The notes: a model not told the origin generated them from the letters alone. A stretch of 37,735 nucleotides of DNA from Octopus bimaculoides (GCF_001194135.2 NC_068983.1:133436668-133474402), one strand, 5' to 3'; positions 11,198-24,163 are shown, counted from the stretch's first letter. Numbers and translations are program-made.

Positions 11198-11939
11198 NNN
11201 NNNNNNNNNNNNNNNNNNNNNNNNNNNNNNNNNNNNNNNNNNNNNNNNNNNNNNNNNNNNNNNNNNNNNNNNNNNNNNNNNNNNNNNNNNNNNNNNNNNN
11301 NNNNNNNNNNNNNNNNNNNNNNNNNNNNNNNNNNNNNNNNNNNNNNNNNNNNNNNNNNNNNNNNNNNNNNNNNNNNNNNNNNNNNNNNNNNNNNNNNNNN
11401 NNNNNNNNNNNNNNNNNNNNNNNNNNNNNNNNNNNNNNNNNNNNNNNNNNNNNNNNNNNNNNNNNNNNNNNNNNNNNNNNNNNNNNNNNNNNNNNNNNNN
11501 NNNNNNNNNNNNNNNNNNNNNNNNNNNNNNNNNNNNNNNNNNNNNNNNNNNNNNNNNNNNNNNNNNNNNNNNNNNNNNNNNNNNNNNNNNNNNNNNNNNN
11601 NNNNNNNNNNNNNNNNNNNNNNNNNNNNNNNNNNNNNNNNNNNNNNNNNNNNNNNNNNNNNNNNNNNNNNNNNNNNNNNNNNNNNNNNNNNNNNNNNNNN
11701 NNNNNNNNNNNNNNNNNNNNNNNNNNNNNNNNNNNNNNNNNNNNNNNNNNNNNNNNNNNNNNNNNNNNNNNNNNNNNNNNNNNNNNNNNNNNNNNNNNNN
11801 NNNNNNNNNTATATATATATATATATATGGCACTTAATTTGAGGCGCCAGAATTTAGTACGGTATTATCCATAAAATTTCAAAGTAAGGTGATTAACATC
11901 AAAATAAGCAACAAGGATATCGAGAGGTGTCTTCTGGGT

Positions 11940-12310
11940 ATCGAACTGTTCTCTGTTTAATCAGTGCAAGAGTCGCAATGTGGTGTACAAGTAAATACTA
12001 GAGGAGGCCTGTACGTATATATCGGTGCATCGACCGATATCTTTAAAAACAGATATCAAAATTACATTACCAGTTTTCGAAAACTCCTTAAACGGCACGC
12101 AACGTCACTGGCCGATTTTGTCTGGTCACTCAAGGAAGGGAAGTTAAAATACGACCTGACCTTGTCGAATAGAGACATGCAAGTCCCTATAACACACTAT
12201 CTCGGAAATGACAGCTATGTTTCGAGGAATTGCTGTTTATATCGTTGGCGAAAGCGCGGATTATAAATAGATATGCAGAACGACTACCCAGATGCATACA
12301 TAGAGTTTAG
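11940..12310 (+). mobile_element. Penelope-like element GIY-YIG endonuclease 3' fragment (pseudogenised)
   Basis: CKSRNVVYK / YVYIGASTDIFKNRYQNYITSFR...ATSLADFVWSLKE and, in another frame, RK*QLCFEELLFI...IINRYAERLPRCIH, matching the PLE EN layout (VVY..YIG..F..RY..H..SF..T.L...W.LK..C.LC..E..N......C.H). Confidence 0.8.
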
Positions 12311-12516
12311 CACACCTTCACACAGTACAATGGCAATCACACCTAACCAATACAAACCGAACGCAAAAAACACATTACCACGCCCATTCGAATTCATCCC
12401 CACCCTGAGTGAGGTGAACAGCAACCATGGAACCTATACCAAGGAAGAATCAGATGAGAACGCTACATGTATTTAGGTATGTTCATATAGGACAGCTGCA
12501 AAATGCAACCGTAGGT

Positions 12517-12830
12517 CACTAGAGTATAGTTACTTTAAGAGAACGTAATAGACTGATTAACTAAAGAGATAAAAATTTTATTATGCTTTATTATGTTTAT
12601 TATGTTTGTATACAGTTTATATATGTTCGTATATGATACTTTTGAATGCAAGCATATGTCACTGGAATATTCTAACAAAAAGGTACTAGAGTATAGCTTT
12701 TGAAAAAACGTAGTAGATGAATAAACTAAAGAGATAAAAATATGCTTTATTACGATGATATACAGTTATCTATGTTCATATATGAAACTTTAGAACGCAG
12801 CCGTATGTAACTAAAATATGCTAACAAAAT
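12517..12830. repeat. Imperfect tandem duplication, period about 165 bp
   Basis: actagagtatag...aactaaagagataaaaa...tatgctttatta...atacagtt...tatgt.act..aatat.ctaacaaaa occurs twice, starting near 12518 and 12685. Confidence 0.75.
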
Positions 12831-12955
12831 GTTACAGCTTGAAAAACTAACGAGGCAGTAACAATACACAGATCTAGATGGGAATGTGTGCATGTGTGTA
12901 TGTGTGAATGTATGTGTATATATAAATATATGCATTTGCGTATGTGTGTGTGTGT

Positions 12956-13023
<68 letters not shown>

Positions 13024-13049
13024 CATTGCACACTACTGTCTATATTAAT

Positions 13050-14063
13050 TTTTTCATTTGGGGGAACAGAAAGAATTTGCATGGAGCAAGGCCAGGCAAA
13101 TAGGGTGTGTGGGTAAGTGAGGCCGTGCCATTTTTGACAAAACCTGTTCGCAACAGCATTGTCATGATGAAACCATCACTCTTCACTTTTCCACTGTTTC
13201 TCGCAAACTACTAAGTAAAATGTCTGGTTAGCAGTTTGACCAGGAAGAATGAATTCCGTACGGACAATTCCATTTGCATCGATGAAATAGATCAGCATTC
13301 TCTTGGCTCTGGACTTCACTTGACGCGCTTTTGGCGGGCGTGGTAACATTGAATGCTTCCATTGACTTGATCGCTGCTTTGTTTCCGGGTCGTAGCCATA
13401 ACACCAGCTTTCATCACCAAGGATGACCTTTGGAAAAAGGTCCGGATCAACTTCCATCTGTTCTTTCAGTTCACGACACGCATTCAGTCGTGACTGCTTT
13501 TGATCTTCCGTGAGCAAGCGAGGCACAAATTTTGCAGCAGCTTTTTTTTTTCATTCACAATTCCTCACTCAAAATTCGTTCGCGGGAGATCCAGGACTCA
13601 CCAGCCATATCAAGTTCGTCACTTGTTTGGCGACAGTCCACCAAGATCAGTTCATGAATTTTCGTGATGCGGTCATTCGTTCGGGAGGTCGACGGTCGCT
13701 CTGAACGAAGTTGATCTTCAAGCGATAAGTGACCATTCCTAAAACGTGAAAACCATTCTTAAACTTGTCTTTTGCTCTGGCAGCGTCCTGCTGTTTGCAG
13801 TGCGACAAGTGTTTCGGATGCTATTTTCCCCCAACAGGAAACAGAATTTCACGGAAGTGCGCTGTTTCTTCATTTCAGCCATTGTTGCAATGGCTGGCAC
13901 TGCAAAACAAAGACACCACGTGGCAGAACGATTTCAGTTAACGACGTCGGTTGGCAGACTGATGCGGGAAGGTCGCGTCAAGTGATTTATAGTGGTGAAA
14001 GCCTGAACTATAACAGGCTTGCCCCCCCCCCCCGAGATCGTTTCTGGTTACTTTTGGGATGTA
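13050..14063 (-). mobile_element. Mariner (Tc1/mariner) transposon fossil
   Basis: ATG at 13880-13882 (minus) then QRTSVKFCFLLGK...EWFSRFRNG...RPSTSRT...KFVPRLLTEDQK...GDESWCYGYDPETKQRSSQW...HHDNA...PYLPGLAPCKFFLFPQMK, with stops, frameshifts and an internal deletion. TIR-like CATCCCAAAAGTAACCAGAAA at 14041-14061; 3' end truncated. Confidence 0.92.
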
Positions 14064-14399
14064 TATTACGCATAATATTACGCATGTATATTACGCATAA
14101 TAACGTCAAACGGGAAGAAAAAACATGCTCAAATAGAAAAGAACGCATAGATATTATATTCATAGTGATAAATTGTCTGTGGGGCGCATTTGCTCACTCC
14201 CTCCAACAAATCGACATTGTCTTTATAGGTGGATGGTGTGCCACATGTGAGGTGTTGAAGTGATCATAGAGTCATGTGAAATGGAGTGCTTTGCTCTAGA
14301 GTGCAACACACTTTCCAGTTCGAGAATCGAAACTTAGATATTGTGTTTATCTCCCTACCCACTATGCCATCGACCTAACATACACTCACACACATACAC

Positions 14400-14430
<31 letters not shown>

Positions 14431-14486
14431 TACATACACATATATATATATATATATATACACATACATACATATAGTCAAATACA

Positions 14487-14535
<49 letters not shown>

Positions 14536-15811
14536 CTTTGCCATTGGCTAATAAATTTTGTCGACGGCATCTTGTCTACGGACATTTAACCTTCTACAAT
14601 CAGTTCAGAATGACAATCATGACATTGATAAATATTATTGATGAATTTTTTTTTAAAATAAATAAGAATGTACAAGGCAACCATCTCCATAATGGTTCAT
14701 AAAAGTGATTTGCAAAAAGCGAAGAAGAAATGGAGGAAGGTTTTAGCTGTCATGGACATATGTCTATAATAAAGTATTTAGCCCTCAGGTTGACGTGATT
14801 TGTACCTATTTGTTTTGTCTTCTCTATCTTTATTATTTTCCGTTTCATCTGAGTAGAATTGTCTCTATCGATGCATCGGTTGTAGTACATTCAAATGACT
14901 TAAGTACTTAAGTACACAACCCTGGCAAACATGATGTATGAGGAAGTGCAAATGTGTTGTCACTGATATACATTTACTTCGCATATTCTATTCTAAATGC
15001 TAAGCTGTTATTTCGTCACATATTTACACACAAGTTAGCTGAAGTTGACAAGGAGATATCTGTGTGCGTGAGCGTTGTGCTTGCGTGCTGTTGATATATA
15101 TAGATGTGTGAGTGTGTGTATGTATGTATGTATGTATATATATANNNNNNNNNNNNNNNNNNNNNNNNNNNNNNNNNNNNNNNNNNNNNNNNNNNNNNNN
15201 NNNNNNNNNNNNNNNNNNNNNNNNNNNNNNNNNNNNNNNNNNNNNNNNNNNNNNNNNNNNNNNNNNNNNNNNNNNNNNNNNNNNNNNNNNNNNNNNNNNN
15301 NNNNNNNNNNNNNNNNNNNNNNNNNNNNNNNNNNNNNNNNNNNNNNNNNNNNNNNNNNNNNNNNNNNNNNNNNNNNNNNNNNNNNNNNNNNNNNNNNNNN
15401 NNNNNNNNNNNNNNNNNNNNNNNNNNNNNNNNNNNNNNNNNNNNNNNNNNNNNNNNNNNNNNNNNNNNNNNNNNNNNNNNNNNNNNNNNNNNNNNNNNNN
15501 NNNNNNNNNNNNNNNNNNNNNNNNNNNNNNNNNNNNNNNNNNNNNNNNNNNNNNNNNNNNNNNNNNNNNNNNNNNNNNNNNNNNNNNNNNNNNNNNNNNN
15601 NNNNNNNNNNNNNNNNNNNNNNNNNNNNNNNNNNNNNNNNNNNNNNNNNNNNNNNNNNNNNNNNNNNNNNNNNNNNNNNNNNNNNNNNNNNNNNNNNNNN
15701 NNNNNNNNNNNNNNNNNNNNNNNNNNNNNNNNNNNNNNNNNNNNNNNNNNNNNNNNNNNNNNNNNNNNNNNNNNNNNNNNNNNNNNNNNNNNNNNNNNNN
15801 NNNNNNNNNNN

Positions 15812-15869
<58 letters not shown>

Positions 15870-16359
15870 CGTGAGTGCGTTTACACGCATATCATATGTG
15901 AATACAAGTGCGAGTAAGATTGTGTATCATGATATATGTTGCCTTTATTCCGAGCCCATATTGTAATGAATGTGGTATATTGCATAAGCGCCAAAATACA
16001 ACAGTATATCATTGTTTACTTTATGAAACCGTTGGAGATGAGAAAATTGAATGTAAAAGTGCTTGACTATTATAATGCAAGCGGAGGTCAGTGTGGTCAA
16101 GTGAAAAAGATAAAGAGAAGGAAGTATGTTGTCAAATGTTTTAATATGTGCAGTACTATAGATGACCAAATACATAGATAACATTGGCACACAGTCCGAA
16201 ACAAGCATTAAACTGTGGTATCCCTATATAGTTAAGACTTACGACTCTTCCATTAGCTAATCATCCAGGTTTCACATTCCTTAATAGAAGTGACTGTGAA
16301 AGAAACGTGCACGCACACACACACACATGCACCCGCACACGCACATGTAACTGCATATG

Positions 16360-16520
16360 GATTGTTGGCGGTTTTTCCTTATCTTTCCCTCTTTCTCTTT
16401 GGACTTTTCTCTTTCCGACAAAGAGCGATGCTCGAAACGTTAGCAATATGTTGCTTGTACACGTCTTCACGTTCGTTTTTTTTTGTCTCTGTTTTTTATT
16501 GTTTGCTCATTGAATTGACT
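16360..16520 (+). mobile_element. Putative PLE terminal (pseudo-LTR) fragment with decayed hammerhead motif
   Basis: CCGACAA-A-GAGC-GAT-GCTC-GAAAC-GTT at 16415-16441 in a pyrimidine-rich context ending at a (TA)n tract and gap. Confidence 0.45.
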
Positions 16521-16859
16521 ATATACATACATACATATATATATATATATANNNNNNNNNNNNNNNNNNNNNNNNNNNNNNNNNNNNNNNNNNNNNNNNN
16601 NNNNNNNNNNNNNNNNNNNNNNNNNNNNNNNNNNNNNNNNNNNNNNNNNNNNNNNNNNNNNNNNNNNNNNNNNNNNNNNNNNNNNNNNNNNNNNNNNNNN
16701 NNNNNNNNNNNNNNNNNNNNNNNNNNNNNNNNNNNNNNNNNNNNNNNNNNNNNNNNNNNNNNNNNNNNNNNNNNNNNNNNNNNNNNNNNNNNNNNNNNNN
16801 NNNNNNNNNNNNNNNNNNNNNNNNNNNNNNNNNNNNNNNNNNNNNNNNNNNNNNNNNTT

Positions 16860-17410
16860 TGTTTTGCAAGATTTTTGATGTGAAATCGTGTGTTGAAACA
16901 GATATTGTTGTATTTGGGGATGGTTATGTTGCCAGTTTAGCCAATCGCAATACCGCATTTTTGGCGGTAGTATGTTGTATGGAATAGGAAGTAATTGTTT
17001 TGTAGGATGAACTTCAGGGATTCAATGACAAAAGTCTGATTTATGCGGGCCGGGAGAACTTCGGGGTATTTTTCTAACCAGAATTTTATCGCCTCTAGTC
17101 CGTAGTCATGTGGAATGTTAGTGTAGAGTTTGATGACATCGAAGGAGACTAATAGAGCTTCTTCGGTGCTGGGTTTTGGTAGATGCTCTAGCATTTCCAG
17201 ATCGTGTCTAATGAAACTTTTAATGTATTTCAGAAAAGGTTTCAATAGTATGTCCCGAAAGTTGCTTAGGCGGATATTTATGTATAGACCTGGATTTCAT
17301 TTGCAGGCATTAGTAATTATTTGACTCTATCCAAAATGACGAGACCCCTCTGTCACGGGAATTGATTACTGTACAATGACCCTTGAAAATCGGTTGGATT
17401 TCACTACATC
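16860..17410 (-). mobile_element. Penelope-like element (Neptune-like) reverse transcriptase fragment
   Basis: ORF 16937-17245: LLVSFDVIKLYTNIPHDYGLEAI...ILQNNYFLFHTTYYRQKCGIAIG, the PLE RT motif SFDV.sLYTNIPH..G..A...F.F....Y.Q..G.AMG. Flanks are deleted or degenerate. Confidence 0.88.
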
Positions 17411-18482
17411 CATATAATATGTATATATTTATAAAAAGATATCAAACTATATGAAACAAAGGCATTTCTCTTTCACTTTTTATATTTTTTTCCACATATT
17501 TTCAACTCATAACTTTGCCACGTGGTGTATACTGAATCTTCAGTATCTTTGTACCTTGTACAGTTTCATATTTCTACTATATATATATAGAATAGACTTC
17601 ATGTTCATTTAAATGAAGGAAACAAAACAGAGAGTTAAGATAATAATAATTATTTATTATTAAAAAATTGGTAATTTTTACTTCTGACACCCATTTCCAT
17701 TAGAGCTCAAGAGGAAAATTACAAATTTATGCTATAAATTTGCATTTATATGTTCTGAGCATAATTTCAGAAGAGAAAAATATATACATTAAGATATGAC
17801 ATGGTGACCTTTCCGTTCATGCAAGCAGACTAAATAAGGAGTTATTATTTTTATTGTTATGTGTGATTGAACGGTTAATGGATCAGTTAGACTATAATGG
17901 GTAATGGGGTAAAGTAAAGAATAAGATAGAATAGAATAAAATAAAATAAAATACGTAAAGTAAAAATGGAAATAAAATAAAATGGAGAAAAATTTTAAAT
18001 AAATAATATAACAATAAAATTAAAATAAGTAAATAAAAGAGGGACTAGAATATCCAATTATTATTATTATCATATATATATATATATANNNNNNNNNNNN
18101 NNNNNNNNNNNNNNNNNNNNNNNNNNNNNNNNNNNNNNNNNNNNNNNNNNNNNNNNNNNNNNNNNNNNNNNNNNNNNNNNNNNNNNNNNNNNNNNNNNNN
18201 NNNNNNNNNNNNNNNNNNNNNNNNNNNNNNNNNNNNNNNNNNNNNNNNNNNNNNNNNNNNNNNNNNNNNNNNNNNNNNNNNNNNNNNNNNNNNNNNNNNN
18301 NNNNNNNNNNNNNNNNNNNNNNNNNNNNNNNNNNNNNNNNNNNNNNNNNNNNNNNNNNNNNNNNNNNNNNNNNNNNNNNNNNNNNNNNNNNNNNNNNNNN
18401 NNNNNNNNNNNNNNNNNNNNNNNNNNNNNNNNNNNNNNNNNNNNNNNNNNNNNNNNNNNNNNNNNNNNNNNNNNNNNNNNNN

Positions 18483-18533
<51 letters not shown>

Positions 18534-19169
18534 TACCTACATACATATGCATACATGCATACTCACACACAGACGTACTTACACATACATACATGCATAT
18601 ACATAAATACATAAGTATACAAAAACATACTTTCACATGCGTATATATATTGTGCGTATAATCAAATGTTTATATACACTATATAGTTTTCAAATTAGCT
18701 TATAAGAATATGTTAAAATATAGTTATTGATGTAAGCTAATAAAGGCAACGATATTGTGTATCATAATTTGTATTGTATAATCGATGTTCTTTATTTATG
18801 TATTTGTTTAGATGGGAAGAAGAGACTTACTTGAGTGGAAATAATAACTATAACGAGTACTGATCAAATTCCAATTTGTTATATAGGTAAATGATTATTA
18901 ATTAATATGTAGGTAATGATATTAAGTAATTTCTAAGAAAATGTTAAATTATAGTGATTAATGTAAGGTTATGGAGCCAAAACTAATGTGTAATATAAGT
19001 GTTATAGTCATTATTATTTAGATATATATAAATACACGGAAGGAAGAGAGTTACAATAGCAGAGTTAATGGCTCCAAGGGTTCAGAAAAATTCTTCAAAT
19101 AAAAGGTCACATATTAATTTCAATTTATTATTCATATGTTTTATAGCTATGTTATCCTATAATATAATC

Positions 19170-21710
19170 AAATATTTTAAAATTAAACTTAGAAAACACA
19201 TATTTCGCTGCGTGACAACAAAAAATATTTTTCTTCATTTCGTAAGTGAAGTAAATATTTTTAAATGTAAGGATTCTAAAAGTTTCTTCAGTACACAAGT
19301 TACATCACCTGTTTGAGACTTTATAAGAACTTGCAGAACAAATAATGCCCCATCTAATTTTAAATTCAATGTTATTATCCTTTAAATCCCACATGAACTT
19401 ACTTAATCCGGTGGAATTAATTTTTGTCGATTTTTAAAACTATGTAGGTGGTTAACCATTCTGATTTTAATCCTAATGTCGGCAGAGCCTATATAATAAT
19501 ATTTTTTCCTTGAGATTCTACTGTACACTGGTAGACTACGTTATCTTTCCTACATGGATTTTTAAATTTACAATTAGTTTTAACTTTACAGTCACAATAA
19601 TCGTTTACATTCTTTTATATATATTTATTAGAATAATTGGTTGTAAGGGAGCTACTGTGGTTTATTTTCCTCCTGTCGTTCGGGAATCTATAGCCGTTAG
19701 TATTATTGTAAAAGATTAGGAAACTGGGTTTAAATTGAGTTGAATTAATATCTTGGATATTTCTATTAGAGTAGAATTTATTTAATTTTCCATTGTTAAT
19801 GGATGATATAATTGAGAACAGGCTACGCGTAAGACTAAAGCCAATTTTGATATTTTTATAATTGATAATATCACTACATTTTATATCGATGTTAAAATGC
19901 TTATAAATAGACTTATATATCGATTTAATTATATTACTTTAAATTTGCATTGCATATGAAATAACTAACCAAATCCTATTTTGCTCATCAGAATTATTTT
20001 TAGAAAGCTTGTGATCATTTTTAGATTTAGAAGAGTTAATGGAAGGAGTATATGATTTGTTTTTACTATTTCGAATATTGTATGAATTATCAATAGTCTT
20101 GGTATTCAAGGTAATTATTTGTTTATTCCTATCATTATGTTATTTAATTATATATTTATCTTATGGGAATAAGTATAACTATTGAATGGTTGTTTATTAT
20201 TAATCTGAGGTTTGTATTCTTTTATTCTTTTATTTGTTTCAGTCATTTGACTGCGGCCATGCTGGAGCACCGCCATTAGTTTAGAAAATCTACCCACCCT
20301 AGGATTTATTCTTTGTAAGCCTAGTACTTATTCTACCGGTCTCTCTTGCCGAACCGCTAGGTGTCGAGGACGTAAACTCACCAGCATCGGTTGTCAAGCG
20401 ATGTTGGAGTGACTAACACAGACACACAAACATACATGCACACACACGCACATATATACGACGGGCTTCTTTCAGTTTCCGTCTACCAAATCCACTCACA
20501 AGGCTTTGGTCAGCCTGAGACTATTGTAGAAGACACTTGCCCAAGGTACCACGCTGTGGAATTGAACCCGCACACAGCAACTCCTGCGCGCCTATAACAC
20601 AGCCACTCCTGGATTTTCCTATATTGTGTTTACTATTTCGAGGTTGGTTCATACTAATTTTAAGTTTATCTTCATTATCACTTCGCGCTTTATTAACAGA
20701 GGTATTATGAATTTTACATCTATTTTTACTACTAGTTATAACTTTAACAAAATTTCAAAACTTACAGTTTTAGTTCTTGCCTTATAGTTAATTCTATCGT
20801 ATTTATTTATATCGTTTGGTCTATGGAATTATATTTTGTCTCTATATCCAGCTTTAGCTAGAGCCATGTTGTAATAATCTGCGTATTTTATAAATATGTC
20901 TTCATTAGATGATAGATGTGTTAGTCATTTCCCAGTATTTGAGACTAAAGTGTTTTTAATTGATCTTGGATGATTACTTAGGAAATTAATATAGCTTAAA
21001 TTCGTATTTAATTTATGAAAAGATTCTAATATTAGATTGAAATTAACATGCAAAAAGTTAACTGAGTTTTTTTTTTTTTTTTTTCAATAGAGAGGGAAAG
21101 TCCATGTCTGTTGAAACATTTATAAAATCGCTTCTTAAATAATTCTAATTAGATGCATTCTTGATGACAAAATGTTATCGTCCCTATACAATCTACCCCT
21201 AGTTTTAGGAAATTCATCATGCTGGTCACGCAACAGGTAGATTCTAACAAGATATTTGTTACTTGGGCCGAATCAGCCGCACCCATTATAATATCGGATC
21301 AACCAGGAGTAACATTTCTAGCTCAAAATTTATTATCAAAGTTGATTATAGATTTACGAGCCGTTAGGATAACATTAATTTTATTCATATTAAGATTAGT
21401 ATATCGTTTTGCAAAAAGAAGGGCCTTGTTAAGTACAGTAGGGTTGATAGAGGATAGGTAATTATCAATGTCTATTTGTAAGAATTTACACTTGACCTTA
21501 TTTTGAATTATACTAAACCAACTAACTGCTTCTTGAGTATTAAACTATAATTCAAGAGATATTTTATTTCTAATTATGTTTATGTATTTATATAAAATTA
21601 TTTTACTTAATCTACCCAAGACTTACCAGGGTATATTAGTCTAACCTTTGGATTGGTTTGAAAGTTATTATTATGGCCTTTTAATGTAATCTGAGGTCTA
21701 ATAGGAATAA
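19170..21710 (-). mobile_element. Penelope-like retroelement with RT plus C-terminal GIY-YIG endonuclease (5'-truncated, pseudogenised, SINE inserted)
   Basis: In order on the minus strand: ITLKGHNNNFQTNPKVRLIYPGKS; FNTQEAVSWF...KCKFLQIDIDNYLSSIN; ARKS...DIIMGAADSAQV; LYRDD (YRDD at 21177-21188); NFLHVNFNL; YINFLSNHP; KHF...KNIKIGFS...IISS.N; VVYQCTV (19531-39) YIG (19487-95); STGLSKFMWDLKD; CNLCTEE (CNLC at 19293-19304). Confidence 0.92.
20224..20595 (-). mobile_element. SINE family A, near full length, inserted in the PLE; ~30 nt of head deleted
   Basis: Reverse-complement match to 28467-28873 over the whole length. Confidence 0.9.
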
Positions 21711-21758
21711 TATGTGTGTGTGTGTGGTGTGTGTGTGTGTGTGTGTATNNNNNNNNNN

Positions 21759-21799
<41 letters not shown>

Positions 21800-21924
21800 G
21801 GATAATATATACACATATTTATATGCGTATGTATGTATTCGGATAATATATATATATGTATGTATATATACATGTATGTATGTATATATACATGTATGTA
21901 TATATGGGAGAATATACAAATAAT

Positions 21925-22450
21925 AACAACAGACGAGGACAGGTGGTGTAAATAACAAAAGTATATATTAGTATGACGCTCGGGAATACGGAAAGTTAGG
22001 TGATACAAGAAATTGACAAAACATCCAGATAGACGATACAAAGAAAACACGGACAGGTCATTCGGAGTTTTCTTTCTTCAGTCGAGATCCAGATTATCCT
22101 TGCAATTTCGGCTGGTTATTCTCGATATTGCTCCAATCTGGCCAGCCCCAAGGAAGAACTAAGCTAAGAGCATTAGATTCCTTGGAAGAAAGCAGTGAAT
22201 ATATACAAAAAGAAGGACGGAAAAAACGAACAATGTTAAACAAATACAGCAGGAATAATAACGGGACAAAACAACAGTTGTCTTTCGACTAAGGACGAAT
22301 AAAATTAAGCTGGCGTATATGGAAATAAGGTTTTACAGTCGGCACAGAGCAAGGGTCATAGTAGTTATGGAAGACTAATATATAGATAAGTAATGCAAAC
22401 AATAAAAAGGCAGCAACAAGATATAAAACAGCACTTTGTAAGTTACAAAA
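21925..22450 (-). mobile_element. Putative PLE terminal/pseudo-LTR remnant
   Basis: Shares gacga.gacaggtg...tattagt.tgacgctcgg with 29028-29079, which is fused to a PLE EN fragment. Contains an 8-bp inverted repeat CCAAGGAA/TTCCTTGG (22148-22185) and a CTGAAGA...CCGAAT motif on the minus strand near 22060-22082. Confidence 0.45.
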
Positions 22451-22595
22451 GCAAAGTACTAACTAATTTTCAACAGTTGCAGTGGAGCTTCATTTGCTAA
22501 ACAGGCTCCTTTACAAAACATTAGCTATTTGCTAAATTATATACTGAATTTCGGACATAAATTCTGCATTTGTATCGATTTGTATATTAATAATA

Positions 22596-22760
22596 GGCGC
22601 AAGAGTGGTTATGTGGTAAGTAGCTTGATTACCAACCACATGGTTCCGGGTTCAGTCCCACTGCGTGACACCTTGGGTAAGTGTCTTCTACTATAGCCTC
22701 GGGCCGACCAAAACCTTGTGAGTGGATTTGGTAGAGAGAAACTGAAAGAATCCCGTCGTA
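22596..22760 (+). mobile_element. SINE family A 5' half (runs into microsatellite and gap)
   Basis: GGCGCAAGAGTGGTTATGTGG...GGTTCCGGGTTCAGTCCC...GAATCCCGTCG matches the 28467 copy. Confidence 0.88.
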
Positions 22761-22772
22761 TATATGTGTGTG

Positions 22773-22813
<41 letters not shown>

Positions 22814-23463
22814 NNNNNNNNNNNNNNNNNNNNNNNNNNNNNNNNNNNNNNNNNNNNNNNNNNNNNNNNNNNNNNNNNNNNNNNNNNNNNNNNNNNNNNN
22901 NNNNNNNNNNNNNNNNNNNNNNNNNNNNNNNNNNNNNNNNNNNNNNNNNNNNNNNNNNNNNNNNNNNNNNNNNNNNNNNNNNNNNNNNNNNNNNNNNNNN
23001 NNNNNNNNNNNNNNNNNNNNNNNNNNNNNNNNNNNNNNNNNNNNNNNNNNNNNNNNNNNNNNNNNNNNNNNNNNNNNNNNNNNNNNNNNNNNNNNNNNNN
23101 NNNNNNNNNNNNNNNNNNNNNNNNNNNNNNNNNNNNNNNNNNNNNNNNNNNNNNNNNNNNNNNNNNNNNNNNNNNNNNNNNNNNNNNNNNNNNNNNNNNN
23201 NNNNNNNNNNNNNNNNNNNNNNNNNNNNNNNNNNNNNNNNNNNNNNNNNNNNNNNNNNNNNNNNNNNNNNNNNNNNNNNNNNNNNNNNNNNNNNNNNNNN
23301 NNNNNNNNNNNNNNNNNNNNGGGGTATATATACGCACACATACATATATATGCAAACACATGTACGCAATCACGTACACAGGCGCACACACATACACAAA
23401 CACACATACACAAACACACACACATATATATGTATGTACGTATGTATGTATGTAATTATTCTG

Positions 23464-23543
<80 letters not shown>

Positions 23544-24163
23544 CTGCCGGTATGCTTATTTGTGCGTGATTCATGTGGATGCATAGGTTAGATATTGTAT
23601 ACAAATGTGGATGTGTAGGTTAGATACTGTATACAAATGGTAAGTTTTCTACTGCTGAGCGACCACTTCAGTTTCCTGCAGATGAACAGAACGTCAAGTT
23701 AGCCTGAATATGACTTAAGAGTCCATAATGTTTGTGTAATGTTTATTTTTATGTGAATAACAGTACCGAAGTGAAGATTGATATATTTCAGTAGTCATTA
23801 GATACATGTTAAATACTGACATTTTGTACACACACACGCACACACACACACACACCTATATGCGTGCGCATATAGCTTTACATACATATATACATAGAAA
23901 TAGACAGAGGGAGGGAGGGGAATCACTCCCACATACATACACACATATATACATAGTTTATAATGGTGCCTACACTAAGAAATTCATAGTCTATGATGAA
24001 TATAATTGACTGAACTATATTTAACGATATAGCCTGATCACGGTAATACATCGTGTAGAAGTTATATATCCACCCTTGATAATCATTAGATGATAATCCT
24101 AAATCTCATTCGAATGTTAGCACTGTTTATGAATTGCTATTACTATCAATGCGTGGAGACGCA

